Assembly: GCA_051362555.1 (NCBI GenBank)
Contig: CM120646.1
Coordinates: forward strand, 8,370,001-8,434,000
DNA from: Lingula anatina
Lineage: Eukaryota > Animalia > Brachiopoda
Direction of reading: 5' to 3'
Length of the DNA: 64,000 bases
Shown here: piece after piece, positions 1 through 12,590 of the stretch
Layout: the number at the start of each line of letters is the position of its first letter
How positions within the stretch are numbered: position 1 is the stretch's first letter
The notes under the pieces: model-generated
Seen by the model: only the letters and a program-made list of their open reading frames with translations
What the model was told of the DNA's origin: nothing
Databases searched by the model: none
Position numbers and translations under genes: made by a program

Positions 1-668
1 CAACTTTTCAGTATTTCGCCCTTTAAAAAGTTTTACATATACTCGATCTTTCAATTGTTCCAAGAATCCCAAATATTTTGCTGGCATTTTGATAATTTTC
101 TTTCTGTGTCCCCCCCCCCCCAAAAAAACCCATACACAAAAATCGATAATCGTATGGGATCTTTATACAGGCAATTGACCTACTTTGGGGCAGCGCAGTT
201 ATCGGCGCTTTTTAACAATTTTATGACTTGGGCGTGGAAACGTACGTGATTCACGTTTGTGATAAATAAGTTATTTATATTGATTTGATTAATAAACAGC
301 GCATGTCTATCAAATCTTTCAAAGTCTTTTAGCGTAAAGGAAATTGCAATTTATGGATAATGGAAAATGTGCACACAACTCAAAACCCAGAAAAAACTGC
401 ATTTTTCTCTTATATGCAAATTAGATTGCCTTGAGTTATAAACTGGCCGGAAGTGATGTTCTTCTCTGTAACGAGGCCGGTGCAAGCACAATCTAAATGA
501 CGCTGCAAACGAAGTTGTCAGCGGAAGAACTATCACTCATATCAGACATAAGTATTTTGGAAGACTTCAAAGAAATACAAAAAACTTTCAAAAATAAATG
601 GAAACATAAAAAAAGTTATCATAGGTGGTTTATATGTTTAAAAGATAAACCTTTTCTCCTTTAGATTT

Positions 669-799
669 AATAGCACAGAATTGAAGATGGAGAAAATGTC
701 TGATTTAAGTTACTGCGTTTTACACATGTCAGAAAAAAACAATAATATAGGCCTAATAGCACAAAATTGAAGATGGAGAAAATGTCTGATTTAAGTTAT
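669..799. repeat. Short direct repeat (two ~45-bp copies)
   Basis: aatagcaca(g/a)aattgaagatggagaaaatgtctgatttaagtta occurs at ~669 and ~755. Confidence 0.7.
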
Positions 800-1728
800 T
801 GCCCTTTGTACATTCACAAACGCAGACAAATGGAATCCGGTGAAAAATGCATGTGTCTGCATTGGCCGATACCCCACCCAACTGACGTCCAATTTCAAGT
901 ACCTCATTTTTGGCATAATTCTCCCCCAATACAAAGTCTCCCAAGTCAGGAATATTATTTCAATTGAGAAAGACATTGTATAAAATCATACACTTCATTA
1001 TATTTGAGAAATACTGCTTACGAACTAAGAAAGTGTGCATTGCTATTTCGAAAAATATCTAGGCTTATTCTTTGAAATTCTACCCTCCCCCGCCACATCC
1101 CCCTTTCTGCTGCTACGATTCAAACAAACCGCTTTCAACACTCAGCGTGTAGTGTGTCAAAAGTGTTAACTATGTATACGCAAATATACATAAATAACAT
1201 AGTGTATACAACATATTTTTAAAATCTGGGGGAACAAACATAATACAGATACTGAAGAGCATTCTACATCTGAACCACCGATGCGCGCATAGTGTAAAGA
1301 AATAAGGCCACCCGTCGGACCAGGGAATTATATCGGACCTTCCCCATCCCTTTCAAACAACGGTGTTGTCAAGCTCGAAGCCTGGGTTCGGTTGGGCAAC
1401 ACAACAAACACATCACAATATTTTTAAAACCCAGTAACCAGTATGCCCTTTTCTTTAAAATACCAATTTACATCTTTATTTCTGTGGGAGGCAGCAATTT
1501 ACATAATCACAGGTACAAATGTTTATAGGTCTAGCTCTACCGGTCACAGATGAGCGTGCTTAATGCAGTAACAGTTAAGCCCCCTTTACACACTGGACGG
1601 GGCGAATCCAGAGATATTTTCTGACAGTATTCCAAATTATCTTTGTTGGCTTATCCTCCACTGCCCCATCTCCACCCCCGCACGCGCTCACACACACACA
1701 CACACACACACACACAGCAAGAAGAGCA

Positions 1729-3971
1729 TCAACGAAATCTTGAAAAATCTTGACCGTCTTCCGGAAGACCCAGAAGATGGCCTCCATCCACGTGCACCCC
1801 TGTAACTTCTGATACAGGTGTTACCGTGGAACTCGTGGATTCTGGTAGCGACGCATCTGTGCTTTTCTTTGAAATTTGTCCCTCAGATGGTTTTGATGCC
1901 GTCAAGTCTAACGGGAACTTTTCTGATATTTTGGACCCCACTACTTGGTCGCAGTCTTCTTTTTTAATGCAGGAGCCGTTGTTCCATATGGGGGCTGTTC
2001 TGGGGCATTCACACCCGCGTCTACATAGGGCTATACAGCCCATGTCTTTGGGTGTGTGGCAGGTGAGGGTACAGGGGGAGCCGCACACCTTCCAAACACG
2101 GCCACCTGTGCATTCTTCACGCACTGGATGCAAAGAAAAAACAGTTTCTATACTATAAAAACAGTGATAACAACAGTTTGTGGCAAAATCTCTCTCTCTC
2201 TCTATCACTCTCTCTTTCTCTCTCTCTCTCACACACACACACACACTTACACACACTTACACACACACACACATATCACCATCATCATCATCATCATCAA
2301 TGACCAATAAAGATCATTGTATATACATGCACGCACGCGCCCACACGCATTACATTTATGGAATCTTGACATAGAGTTTAAGAGGGAAAAGACTCTGACA
2401 CAGGTTGAACATGCATTCCAAAACATGCTGAGTAAATGTGCACGGCTAGATGCCTTTAGGATTCAATATTCTTCCTACCTGGCTCGCATACCGTCTTGTT
2501 CTCCTTATTACACGGCAGGTCCACACATGTTGAGACACATTTGAACCCGGGAGGGCAGCTATCACTCTGCAAGACACATCCATAGACAACACACTTTAAT
2601 TGTTTTATTTTTTTTAGAAAGAATCTTTCGTTAAATTGTGCACGTGGCATTTATAATTTAAATGCAAAATTTTTAATGAGTGTCATTGAATTACGCTTTT
2701 TATCGCAATGTTCTTTATTTGCGCCAAGGGTTTTTTCAAAGTACATACGTGCAACTTTTGCATCACCTTGGCAATTTATTTTTCTTCAAAAATTCCATAA
2801 ATTCATTTATTTTTTTAATGGCGTAACTAATGGTGAAACAGTACAGACAAAATATTTTCACGGCATACTTACCGTACATCTGAAGAAGCGAGATATTACG
2901 GAGGCAGTCTAAAATGAAATACAGTTCACTGTATTATGTAAACTTCATCGTCAAACCTTCATATGTGGACGACTTTTACACCCTGACAGTCAGCTTGTAT
3001 GATTTAAGTATGATTTAAGTTAACAGCGCCAAGCACAAACGCTTATTTGGTGCTGTTAACTTAGTAGTTAATACACCGGGATAACGTATGTAATTGGCGG
3101 GGTGAGCTTCGATCAAACCCTCCTAAAGGTACTTGTGAAACTTAAGAAATGACAGACGTAAGCTCTGAAACTAAACTGTTTGTCATATAATACCACAGAC
3201 AACACTTTTCAAAATAAGTAATGGATAGTGAAAAGGCAAAAAGTAGGTACGCATGGTAAAAAATGTATTTGGTGTCCAAATATTGAGAAAATGGTCATCA
3301 TACTTTGACTTAGATTTTTATGTTCATAGCACTTTGATAGAATAACTGACTGGGAATTTTCGAAACGTTGGATCAAGCATAGTTGATTTAATGCCCAGAG
3401 GTAAAAATAAATTTTTAGGGTGTAGCGAGTTTGCGCTCTCGATTATCTCCGAAAAAAAAGATGACGGAGCTTGCTGTGTCCTCAGCAAGTATTATTACAA
3501 TTGGACCACGAAATTGCGGTAATTCGGTGATCACTATCACGATTCACAAACGGTAGTTTCATGTATACAAAAATTTTATTTTAGTCAAATTATTTTATCA
3601 TTATAAAATATTACTGTGAGTTGTCATATATAGTGACAGTTAAAATATAAATGATATAATTATGAATGAAGAGCAAATAGTTATTATTATAGACGTAGTA
3701 TCTCACACTTTAGCTATTCCCTTTCCATATTTAACACATAATCATTATTAATGGCAAAATATGATTGCACACTACTAAACCAAGTTGAAAGAGCCCTCCT
3801 GTTCCAACAAGTACACATATACTGCTACAGAAATAAACCGTAATGATGAACACACGCTGTATTAGTGTTCTGTATACAGTAGTCTGAACATTTGAAAAAA
3901 TATTTTTTTAAATGGTGGTTAATATAAAAAATCTTTCGTCCAGAAAACCCAATATAATAATAATAATAATA

Positions 3972-4027
<56 letters not shown>

Positions 4028-4164
4028 TTTATTTATTGAGAGGATGTTTTATTTTGCAGGTTTCCTATACAACAGTTGAATGAAACACATGAAAGTTGTT
4101 GACTCACCTGCGATAGTTCTATCACATAAACCACCAATACGACCATCCATACAACAGCATTCAT
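1729..4164 (-). CDS. Secreted TIL (trypsin inhibitor-like Cys-rich) domain protein, 3 exons, 179 aa
   Basis: Exons 4164-4108 (MNAVVWMVVLVVYVIELSQ, signal peptide, donor gtgagt), 2566-2479 (SDSCPPGFKCVSTCVDLPCNKENKTVCEP) and 2123-1729. Total 540 nt, phases consistent, GT-AG throughout. The last exon has the 10-Cys TIL pattern CTGGRVWKVCGSPCTLTC...CIALCRRGCECPRTAPIWNNGSCIKKEDC followed by an S/T-rich tail. Confidence 0.88.
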
Positions 4165-6699
4165 TTTTACTGATGTGTGTTTTTGGTCTATTCCCCATTT
4201 ATGTCTGATTATTTCGATGGCCTTTGCCCAATGGGGATTTGGGCAATCTTCATGACGGCCATAATGTGAAATTGAATTTGGTTATCGCGTGTGATGAAGG
4301 GACCTTTTCTGGTTTAAATTAAACAATTGCCTTGTAATTTAGACTTAATTTCCGGTTCTGGGTATATGACAAGGAAGGGCATTTAGAAAAAGTGAATGGG
4401 AAATGTGGAACGTTATTTTACTATAAAAATATTATTTTGAAAGGCGGCATGACTCGTCATTTGTATTTGATCCCTGAAATTTTTACGGAAGGGACTATAT
4501 CTCCTTATTCATAATAATAGCTGTTAAATGTTCATACTAAAGTCGACCCTTTCCATAAAAAGACTTATTATGTATTCACCAGAGAGCTGAACTAATTTTG
4601 GGAAATCACCGTGTAGTGTACACACTATGATGTAAAAGAGGCTAATAGAATACATATCTATAGACAGACAGACAAACCCAGCATCTCCATCTTTTAAGAA
4701 AGGGAGAAAAACATACCGTGACACACGAAGAGCCATGTTTTGTAAACTTCAGGTATTGTTTTGGGGTTGGGCCAAAAAACTGAAAGATTAACTTCAATAG
4801 CCCCCACCCCCCTTTCTCTAGGTCCTGGATTCCCCAGGGACTGACTTATGAGATACGTCCCCTCCAGTGGGAACTCCCAGAATTACGCACATTAGCGTTA
4901 TTTCTGTTGAATTCCCTTGATATAGATTATTGAACGTATTTTCCCCTCACATTTCCTTAATTAGACTGCCAAGCCCAAACATGATTTACTGAGCCATCGG
5001 CTATTTACTAAAATTAGCCTTCCGAACTTGCAAATAGCTGGTTGCATGTCGGAGTGTAGGCCCTACGTTAAAAAAGTACAAACTTGGTCAGATAATCGAA
5101 AAAAGACATGTCTGTACTTTCTTATTAACGAAATGACAGGGAGTTAACATGAGCGTATCGGATGCCACATTCTCATGACGTTTTTGTGACAATAAATAGA
5201 CAGACAAGTAGTAGGCCAACATGTAATACAACCAGTGCATGTTGTCATGAAGATTGAAGTTTGTTAAAGAAGACTTATGTTGTTACCCCCGCCCCCCCCC
5301 CCCCAAAAAAAAATAAAAATATAAATAAATGCATACGTCTGTGTTATACATGTATATATGTTTGTAGTGATTAGGAGGGCACGGTGCACTTCCAATTTTT
5401 TAGCCCCCCCCCCCCCCCCCCCAAAAAAAAAAATACGATTGTTATTATATATAGCAAACAGAGAAGGCTTTAACTTTTGCAAGCATGCAGAAAACTAAAA
5501 TGGGGGTGGGGTTGGTCTGAACCACTAAACACACAAAATGATAAAAAGCGGGAAAAGAGGTGCAGTTTACCCTTAATTACATTTGAGCTAACATATCAAA
5601 CCCCCTGAAACTCTCCCTGCTCCCTATGCTTATTTGACCGACGTTGTGCGTTACTCCTTGCGCATCGGTCTCTCGTAAGTCAGCCAATCAAAACCTCCTT
5701 AATCCTCCAAAGATTTTTGCCAGAATTTGTTCAATAACCATAAAAGAGCGTTGAACCTTTCAAGATCCTTCCAAAATTTGACGAATAACAAGCGTGGTTA
5801 ATGGGTGACCATGAGAGTGGTGACGAAGGCGTCAGAGGTGGTGGGATTATTCCTCCATTCAATTTTTTTTTTTTTTTTTGGCTCGAGATAAGGAGCTAAG
5901 TGGATTATTGTGAGCATTGATCGATGTAAGTGAGTAAGCGTGATATGGTACTTGCAATTCGTCAAGATCAATATTGTGGAAACGTGATGAATGTTTAGTA
6001 AGTGATTTAGTTGATATCTCGAATCTTAAAACTACAGACCACAGAAAACAACTTTAAAATACCACACTTGCCTACTATAATAATTATAATAAAATAAATA
6101 AATAAAATTTAAAAAAAAAAAATGAAAAATGGCAAATCTCCCAATCCACGCACAGTTCTTTCCCATGTTCTTCCGATCCGTTGATCATCATGATTTTTGT
6201 AGACCTAGATTGCTACAACAATCCGGTCATCAGGGGATTGTTGTTATTGTTGCAGGGACATCTCCAGTAGCTAACTTCTGATATTATAAGTAGAAAGGCA
6301 TACAGGGTTACTACTTTTAAAAATGGAATATTATTTTTGGCGAGTAAATTTTCTACAAAATATTTATTTTCTCTTTAACTATTTTAAATTCAAAACTGGG
6401 GTGTCACTCTATTCACATTATCATAGTTCACTCATGTTTTAGTCCTCTTTATAGCTCTCAACCCTTGATTTGCACATAAAATTTCATTTGTAATGTTTTC
6501 AACATCTATAAGATCATGCTTTCACACAGAGTGTTCCCAATACTAAATCTCAAGAATGACAATAATGAAACATATCTGGTTAACAATCAGCTAACATTTG
6601 CCGTTGTGGTAAAAAATCTTATTATTTGGGTGGAAAAAAATAATACATGAGCCCAGTTCGATAAAAAAAATGTTGCTTTTGAAAGTTAAGAGATCTGAC

Positions 6700-8138
6700 C
6701 TCTCCCACTCCATGATAAATGGTGCACCCTGAAATGTATTTGGCTAGAATAAGGTTGATATTGCAGTGACGAATAAGTAAAGAAACAAAGAAATAAAGGG
6801 GTACATAAAAAAAATCTGAGTGAAAATTATTAAAATAAAGAAACAAATGAGTGATTGAGTGAATGTGTGGTTTACAGGGTGGGTGACTGGATAGATGAGT
6901 GAATGAATTTATGGAAAAACATGAATTAAGCTACATCACATCTTACAACTTCAACTATTTGAGGTAGAGACTGTTAACGCGAGTAACACATCACCATTCA
7001 CGTCACCAAGTCTAGATGATGGCTTGAAATGTAGCTTATGATTCTCATCATCAATAACTTAAAGATGGTCTACAAAAACGTTCTGTTAAGCTCTTGTTAT
7101 TAATGTGATGGTATATAGAAACGTAGTGTATGGCTTTCATTTTCAATAAAAAAGTGAACAGAAACAGCAGATGGGCTTCTGTATTAATATTGTATATATT
7201 GATGTCAAGAAAAACTGCGTTTTACAAACTCCTTACCGGGCCCATAAACAGTGCTTTTCATTTCCCTTTCCTTCCACTGCACATACTGTCCAGTTATCAA
7301 TGTATCCAAGATATTGGCCCAGTACCTGCCTGTATAAATAAGGGACATATAGTATTTAAACAGGTGGCTACAAGATTAAATTTGTAATAATTGGGAGGAA
7401 AACTACAAAATCAGAATGCAAATAGATATTCTTCTTTAGAATAAGACTGCTGCATATTTCTGCTGGGAATACTTGCACAATCAGAAATATTGAGTTGTGT
7501 AATGGTATCTTTGACAACCCATCAATTTCCCCGGCACCCTTACTCTCCACTCTTAAGAATGCCACAAATGAAACAATTTTTAATAAAAACAAACAAACAA
7601 ACAAACAAATAACTTACTGTGTATACCAGACTCTGAAAGTGACAAATCTTTTAATTGTTGTTCAACAACCAATGAGGTAGAACATTGGTATAGAGAAAAA
7701 AAAATGATACGGATTCTGAGAAGTTGTTTTTATGAGGTTTCTATGTAGAGTAAGGCTCGAGGCAGGGGTATGTAGAAGATAGGACGTAAAAAATTGACTC
7801 CACATTATGTATACACTCAAGGTACAGAGTTTATGGAAACTCACCACACACGACTAAAGGATTTATCACTTTAATAAAGAATAGAGTCACAGTCACCCCC
7901 ATGATATTCAATGTTAAAAACTTCAAGTCTGCGATACCTGAGTTCCCTGCTGTATCGATGGCTGTACCAAAGAAGAGCACATACTCTGTGAGGGAGGCAT
8001 GAACCACCATCATACTCCCCATCCAGCCTCCTGCATTGACAAAGATCCATTGATGATCTCTACTAGGAAGTATGTGCCCTGGGTACAGATCCTCTAGTTC
8101 TTTGAAGATACCTCTGAATGCTGCCTCAGCCTCATAGA
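6700..8138 (-). CDS. SIGMAR1: Sigma-1 receptor (ERG2/SIGMAR1 family), internal exons only; first and last exons not located
   Basis: Exon 8138-7938 (201 nt): [67 protein letters not shown]. Exon 7329-7237 (93 nt): [30 protein letters not shown]. Exon 6728-6700 (29 nt): [10 protein letters not shown]. These match the recalled SIGMAR1 signature [28 protein letters not shown]...SGRYWAEISDT, with phases consistent. Confidence 0.88.
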
Positions 8139-9339
8139 CTGAAAAATTTAGTGTGTTAGGTGAGATGGTGAGCTGTTTGTGATTGTGCTTACTGCGAAAG
8201 TGAGCTGATGTCCGGAACCGCGCAAATTGGAAAACAGTAACTGCCCCGGAAATATGGCACTTGTCACTGAGATGTATGGGATAAATTTCAGATTTAAATT
8301 TGATCTATTTATTTATTAATTTATTTATTATCTTTTTTTTTCTGAAAGAGAAAGGGTTTTTTATACCACAGGAAAATATAGCAAGAGACAAAACACTCAG
8401 GTTTTTTCATAAAACCTCCAGAAACAAAATAATATTATGAATTGGTGATTTAATGTTGATATTTTTCATGGGTTTATGATGAATAAATTATATATGCAGC
8501 ACTAATTACATGCAAGTTATATATTATTTATAAATATATTAATATGGGAATGGATTATTCTCTTTTTTTCACAATACTTATAAACATGCTTGCATGATGG
8601 CAGATTTGTTATGTTGTTATTATGATATTTATCATCATTTATCAATGACGAGACAATGACAAAGAACAACATGATGGTGAGCATCATGGATACACATTGT
8701 CAAATCAAAAATTAAAAGAGATATTTATCATAATAAGAACTGATTAAATTTTTTATACCGTTGTTTTGAAATTAAAATTTTTCGGGTTGAAAACATAGTG
8801 AGGCTGATCATCACATGCACAATGTGCGTGTTGTCATTTTTAATCAAAACTCTGTTCAGCAAAGAAGTACTTCAGTAACACAGACGGCTCATGGTATCGC
8901 CATCATTTGGGTTTTTCGAAACTTCAATAAGCCTTGTTTTGCGTAGGCAACTATCAACTTCAGTAACATAGACAACACATGGCATCGCTATCATTGGTGT
9001 TTTTCGAAACTTTCAGAACCCTTGTTTTGTGTAGGCAACTATCAAGACCCTGCAGGAACTGGTAAACACGAGCTGAAAGCTTTCAATACTGCGTCATTTC
9101 CCTCTCAAACTTGTCGCCCGTGGGGAGGATGCACAATTTTCCCATCAATATGTCACCTCTTGACAGACAGATAACAAGCTGACAGTGTGTCGAGGGTCAA
9201 TTAGCTGTGATGTCTTTGGTTCTGACCAGCTGATCCTAATCATATCCAGCAAGATTAAATGACTTCGATTGCTACTTGAACAACCATTTGGAAGACTTTA
9301 ATTGTCTCTGTGGAAATGTCACCTATGCCACTCAGATTG

Positions 9340-9720
9340 TTGGTGAAACTCTTTCATGACATGTTCCTCCAATCCACATAATTTTTTTTGCAGTTAGATT
9401 TAAGACTACTCCAATCTTGTACGTCATCAAACAAGTTTCTTTGGTGCATTCTTGTTTATCTTGTGTAAGGGTCTTTGTAATCTTATCTTTTCTGATGTGG
9501 TGCCCAAAAGCCTTTAGTTTCATTCTTGAGATGGTTTTTAAGATATTCTCAGACTCAATTTGTATAGTTTTTTTAAACTTACACCATAAAATGTTCCAAA
9601 AATGTTTAGTAGATTTCCTACTGATTTAATTCCGACACTGTGAGCTTCTTTTGTATTTTCTTGGATGGTGTCCAAGAAAATGGACATGGGTGATGAATTT
9701 CACCATGTTTTGTCTTGACA
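9340..9720 (-). mobile_element. Decayed RTE-clade LINE 3' fragment (copy 1)
   Basis: Translation KLKAFGHHIRKDKITKTLTQ resembles the RTE C-terminal KLxYFGHIxR motif. Confidence 0.55.
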
Positions 9721-10749
9721 TTTATTTATTTTCAAATAAGGATCAAAGGAACTATTTCGTGTAACAGAATTATATGGCAAAAGATCAAACACTTAACTAA
9801 TTTTCTAAAATTCTCCACACACTTAATAATCTCTGAAAATAAGGTTATTCTTATTCTTATTTTTTAAAAAGGGTTTTAATTTTTATTTATGGGTTTATCA
9901 ATTATGAATTAATTTTATATGTAACAGTAATCAACATCGTGCTTTATAATAAGGAACAAGAATTATAAAAGGACACTACTGTAGGGTCTGTGAGAATTGG
10001 GTTGTCTGTGAGAACAGATGATTGATTTTTTAAAAATGATTTTATGTTTAGAATGGATTAATCAATACTTAAAAAAAGGAAATGCATGAAGGCAGATTAC
10101 ACATATATGTTGTTATTATGCTTTTCATCATGAGTAATCAATACCCAGACCAAGATAAAGCTAGCCAAGAGGATGTGCATGAAAGTGACAACCTAACATG
10201 ACTGAAAGTTGTCAAATCAAAAAAGAAAAAGAGATCTTTACCACAAGAAGATACTGCAAAGTGTATTAGAAACAGATTTTGCAGATATTGAGTAGAATAC
10301 ATTCTAAGGCAGGTAGACTGATTTCTCTTTGCGTGCACGTTACTTATCAAAACTCCATTCAGTATAGAGGTACTTCAGTAACATAGACAACACATGGCAT
10401 CGCTATCATTGGCGTTTTTCGAAACTTTCAGAACCCTTGTTTTGTGTAGGCAACTATCAAGACCCTGCAGGAACTGGTAAACACGAGCTGAAAGCTTTCA
10501 ATACTGCGTCATTTCCCTCTCAAACTTGTCGCCCGTGGGGAGGATGCACAATTTTCCCATCAATATGTCACCTCTTGACAGACAGATAACAAGCTGACAG
10601 TGTGTCGAGGGTCAATTAGCTGTGATGTCTTTGGTTCTGACCAGCTGATCCTAATCATATCCAGCAAGATTAAATGACTTCGATTGCTACTTGAACAACC
10701 ATTTGGAAGACTTTAATTGTCTCTGTAGAAATGTCACCTATGCCACTCA

Positions 10750-11110
10750 GATTGTTGGTGAAACTGTTTTTTGAAATGTCCGTCAATCCACATAAATGAA
10801 TAATTTTTTTGCAGTTAGATTTAAGACTACCCCAATCTTGCACATCATCAAATAAGTTTCTTTGGTGCATTCTTGTTCATTTGTGTAAGGGTATTTGTAA
10901 TCTTATCTTTTCTGATGTGGTGCCCAAAAACCTAGATGGTTTGTAAGATATTCTCAGACTTAATTTGAATACTTGTAGTTTCTTTCAGCTTACACCATAC
11001 ATATTCATTTCAAATTGTCTTGTCCTCTTTCCAGAAATGTTTAGCAGCTTCCTTACTGAATCAGATTTAAATTCAGACAATGTGAGCTTATTTTCCGTTT
11101 TCTTGTATGC
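10750..11110 (-). mobile_element. Decayed RTE-clade LINE 3' fragment (copy 2)
   Basis: FLGHHIRKDK...RNLFDDVQDWG resembles the RTE RxRWxDDIxDWxG motif; it is the duplicate of the 9.3-9.7 kb fragment. Confidence 0.55.
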
Positions 11111-12510
11111 GTAGTGTCTCTTTTATAAAATGAATAATTATCACATGGAATATTCTTACACCGAGTTGATGGGTACGTAATGCTTGTACAAATAACGCGG
11201 TCACCTTAATATACCTAAATACATTGATGGTGTGATTGATTACCTGTCTAGCTGGTTATACGACTGACTGATTACTCGATTACTCGATTAATTGATTGGC
11301 TGGTTGGTTATTACTGAACACCCCCTCTCTCTCCTTCTTTCATTCAGCATACAGCAAGGAGCAGACAAACTTATTTCATACCAATATTGCTCCTACCTTC
11401 AATCATGTAGACAAAAATGCATTTTTAAAGGCTAACAGTCATGTGCTTTGATTTACTGATTTCCATCGTTTCTATTCAAACAAACAAACATCTCAAAAAG
11501 AAACTAACAAACAAAAAAGAAACAGACTGTGCAAGTTCGAGTTTTTCCATGCAATAAAATGTATTGTGGAGATACACATAAAATATCACCTTTTTTTGTT
11601 TCAATGAAATTTTAAAAAAACACGTTTGGAATTGCAAACAGGATTTTTACGACTCCCGCATTATGCATCTGAAAGATTTTTCACTGAAAGATGAAAATCT
11701 TACAATCAAAGTTCAAATTACAGAAATTTGTTTTGAATACTTTTGGCGCACAGCTTTGCAGGATTTAAAAAAGGAGGAGATCCTTGGGGTTATTTGGATT
11801 CTAATTAGTAAAGATATATGACATCAACTTATTACGAACGTGAAGGGTGCGTTTTACTGTAATTTAGACTATGCTGACGTCACTGGTATCGTTATAACGA
11901 GGATCATCCAAGGAATCAGCACCGTGAGACAACTTTCCGTTTTTAATTATAAATTGTTCAGATAACGCACCTGATACAAATAAAGATATAAATTGCAAGC
12001 TCTGAAGTCCCTTCTCCTGCTCAAGCATAAAGGATAGGCATTTCATGAGCATAACTAGCGTCGTATTTCGATACCCCAGGTGAGCCAAAGGGTGAATATT
12101 ATAGGCAGAACCTTTGCGCAAGGAAGACTCAATTTACCTGTCGGTTCCTCGGAGTAATTATCGAGAAAGCCATGCCTGTCTTACTTAGACAGAAAAGGCG
12201 TTACTTAAACAGAAAAGGCGTGACTGAATACTTTCTGTCAGGCGTCAGTCATTTGCATGTAGTGCTGAGACACACCACGCAGCTGAATTATGGACCAATG
12301 AGTGACCAATGGCTGCAGACTCCAATTGCAATACATTCAGCTTCTCGCTGATGCTTCGCGCACCTCTTCTATGAGTGAAATAGGCTATTGTGATCAGTCT
12401 TAAACGGTAATAACTCTTAGTATGAGATCCATACTTCACAATAAATACATTGTAAACAGCTTATACAAACATAACGAATCCTATTTTACTACAAAAACGG
12501 CAGTTATCGC

Positions 12511-12590
12511 AGAGTAGCTATCTAGACCTATAGAGATCAATAGTCCTTGCTATTGGACCATTGATCTCTATAGACGAAGATGGCTACTCT
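12511..12590. repeat. ~80-nt fold-back palindrome
   Basis: agagtagctatct..ctatagagatcaatagtcc [loop] ggaccattgatctctatag..agatggctactct. Confidence 0.7.

Larger units (their letters stand above)
8590..11110. repeat. Tandem duplication of a ~1.4-kb unit
   Basis: Core 8957-9350 matches 10372-10765 (394 bp, about 2 differences seen). Flanks are alignable but more diverged. Confidence 0.85.

Noticed and set aside
5780-5865. Candidate final SIGMAR1 exon (GGIIPPPL on the minus strand)
   Set aside because: No WMxEYGRG motif, no suitable acceptor, and no downstream similarity.
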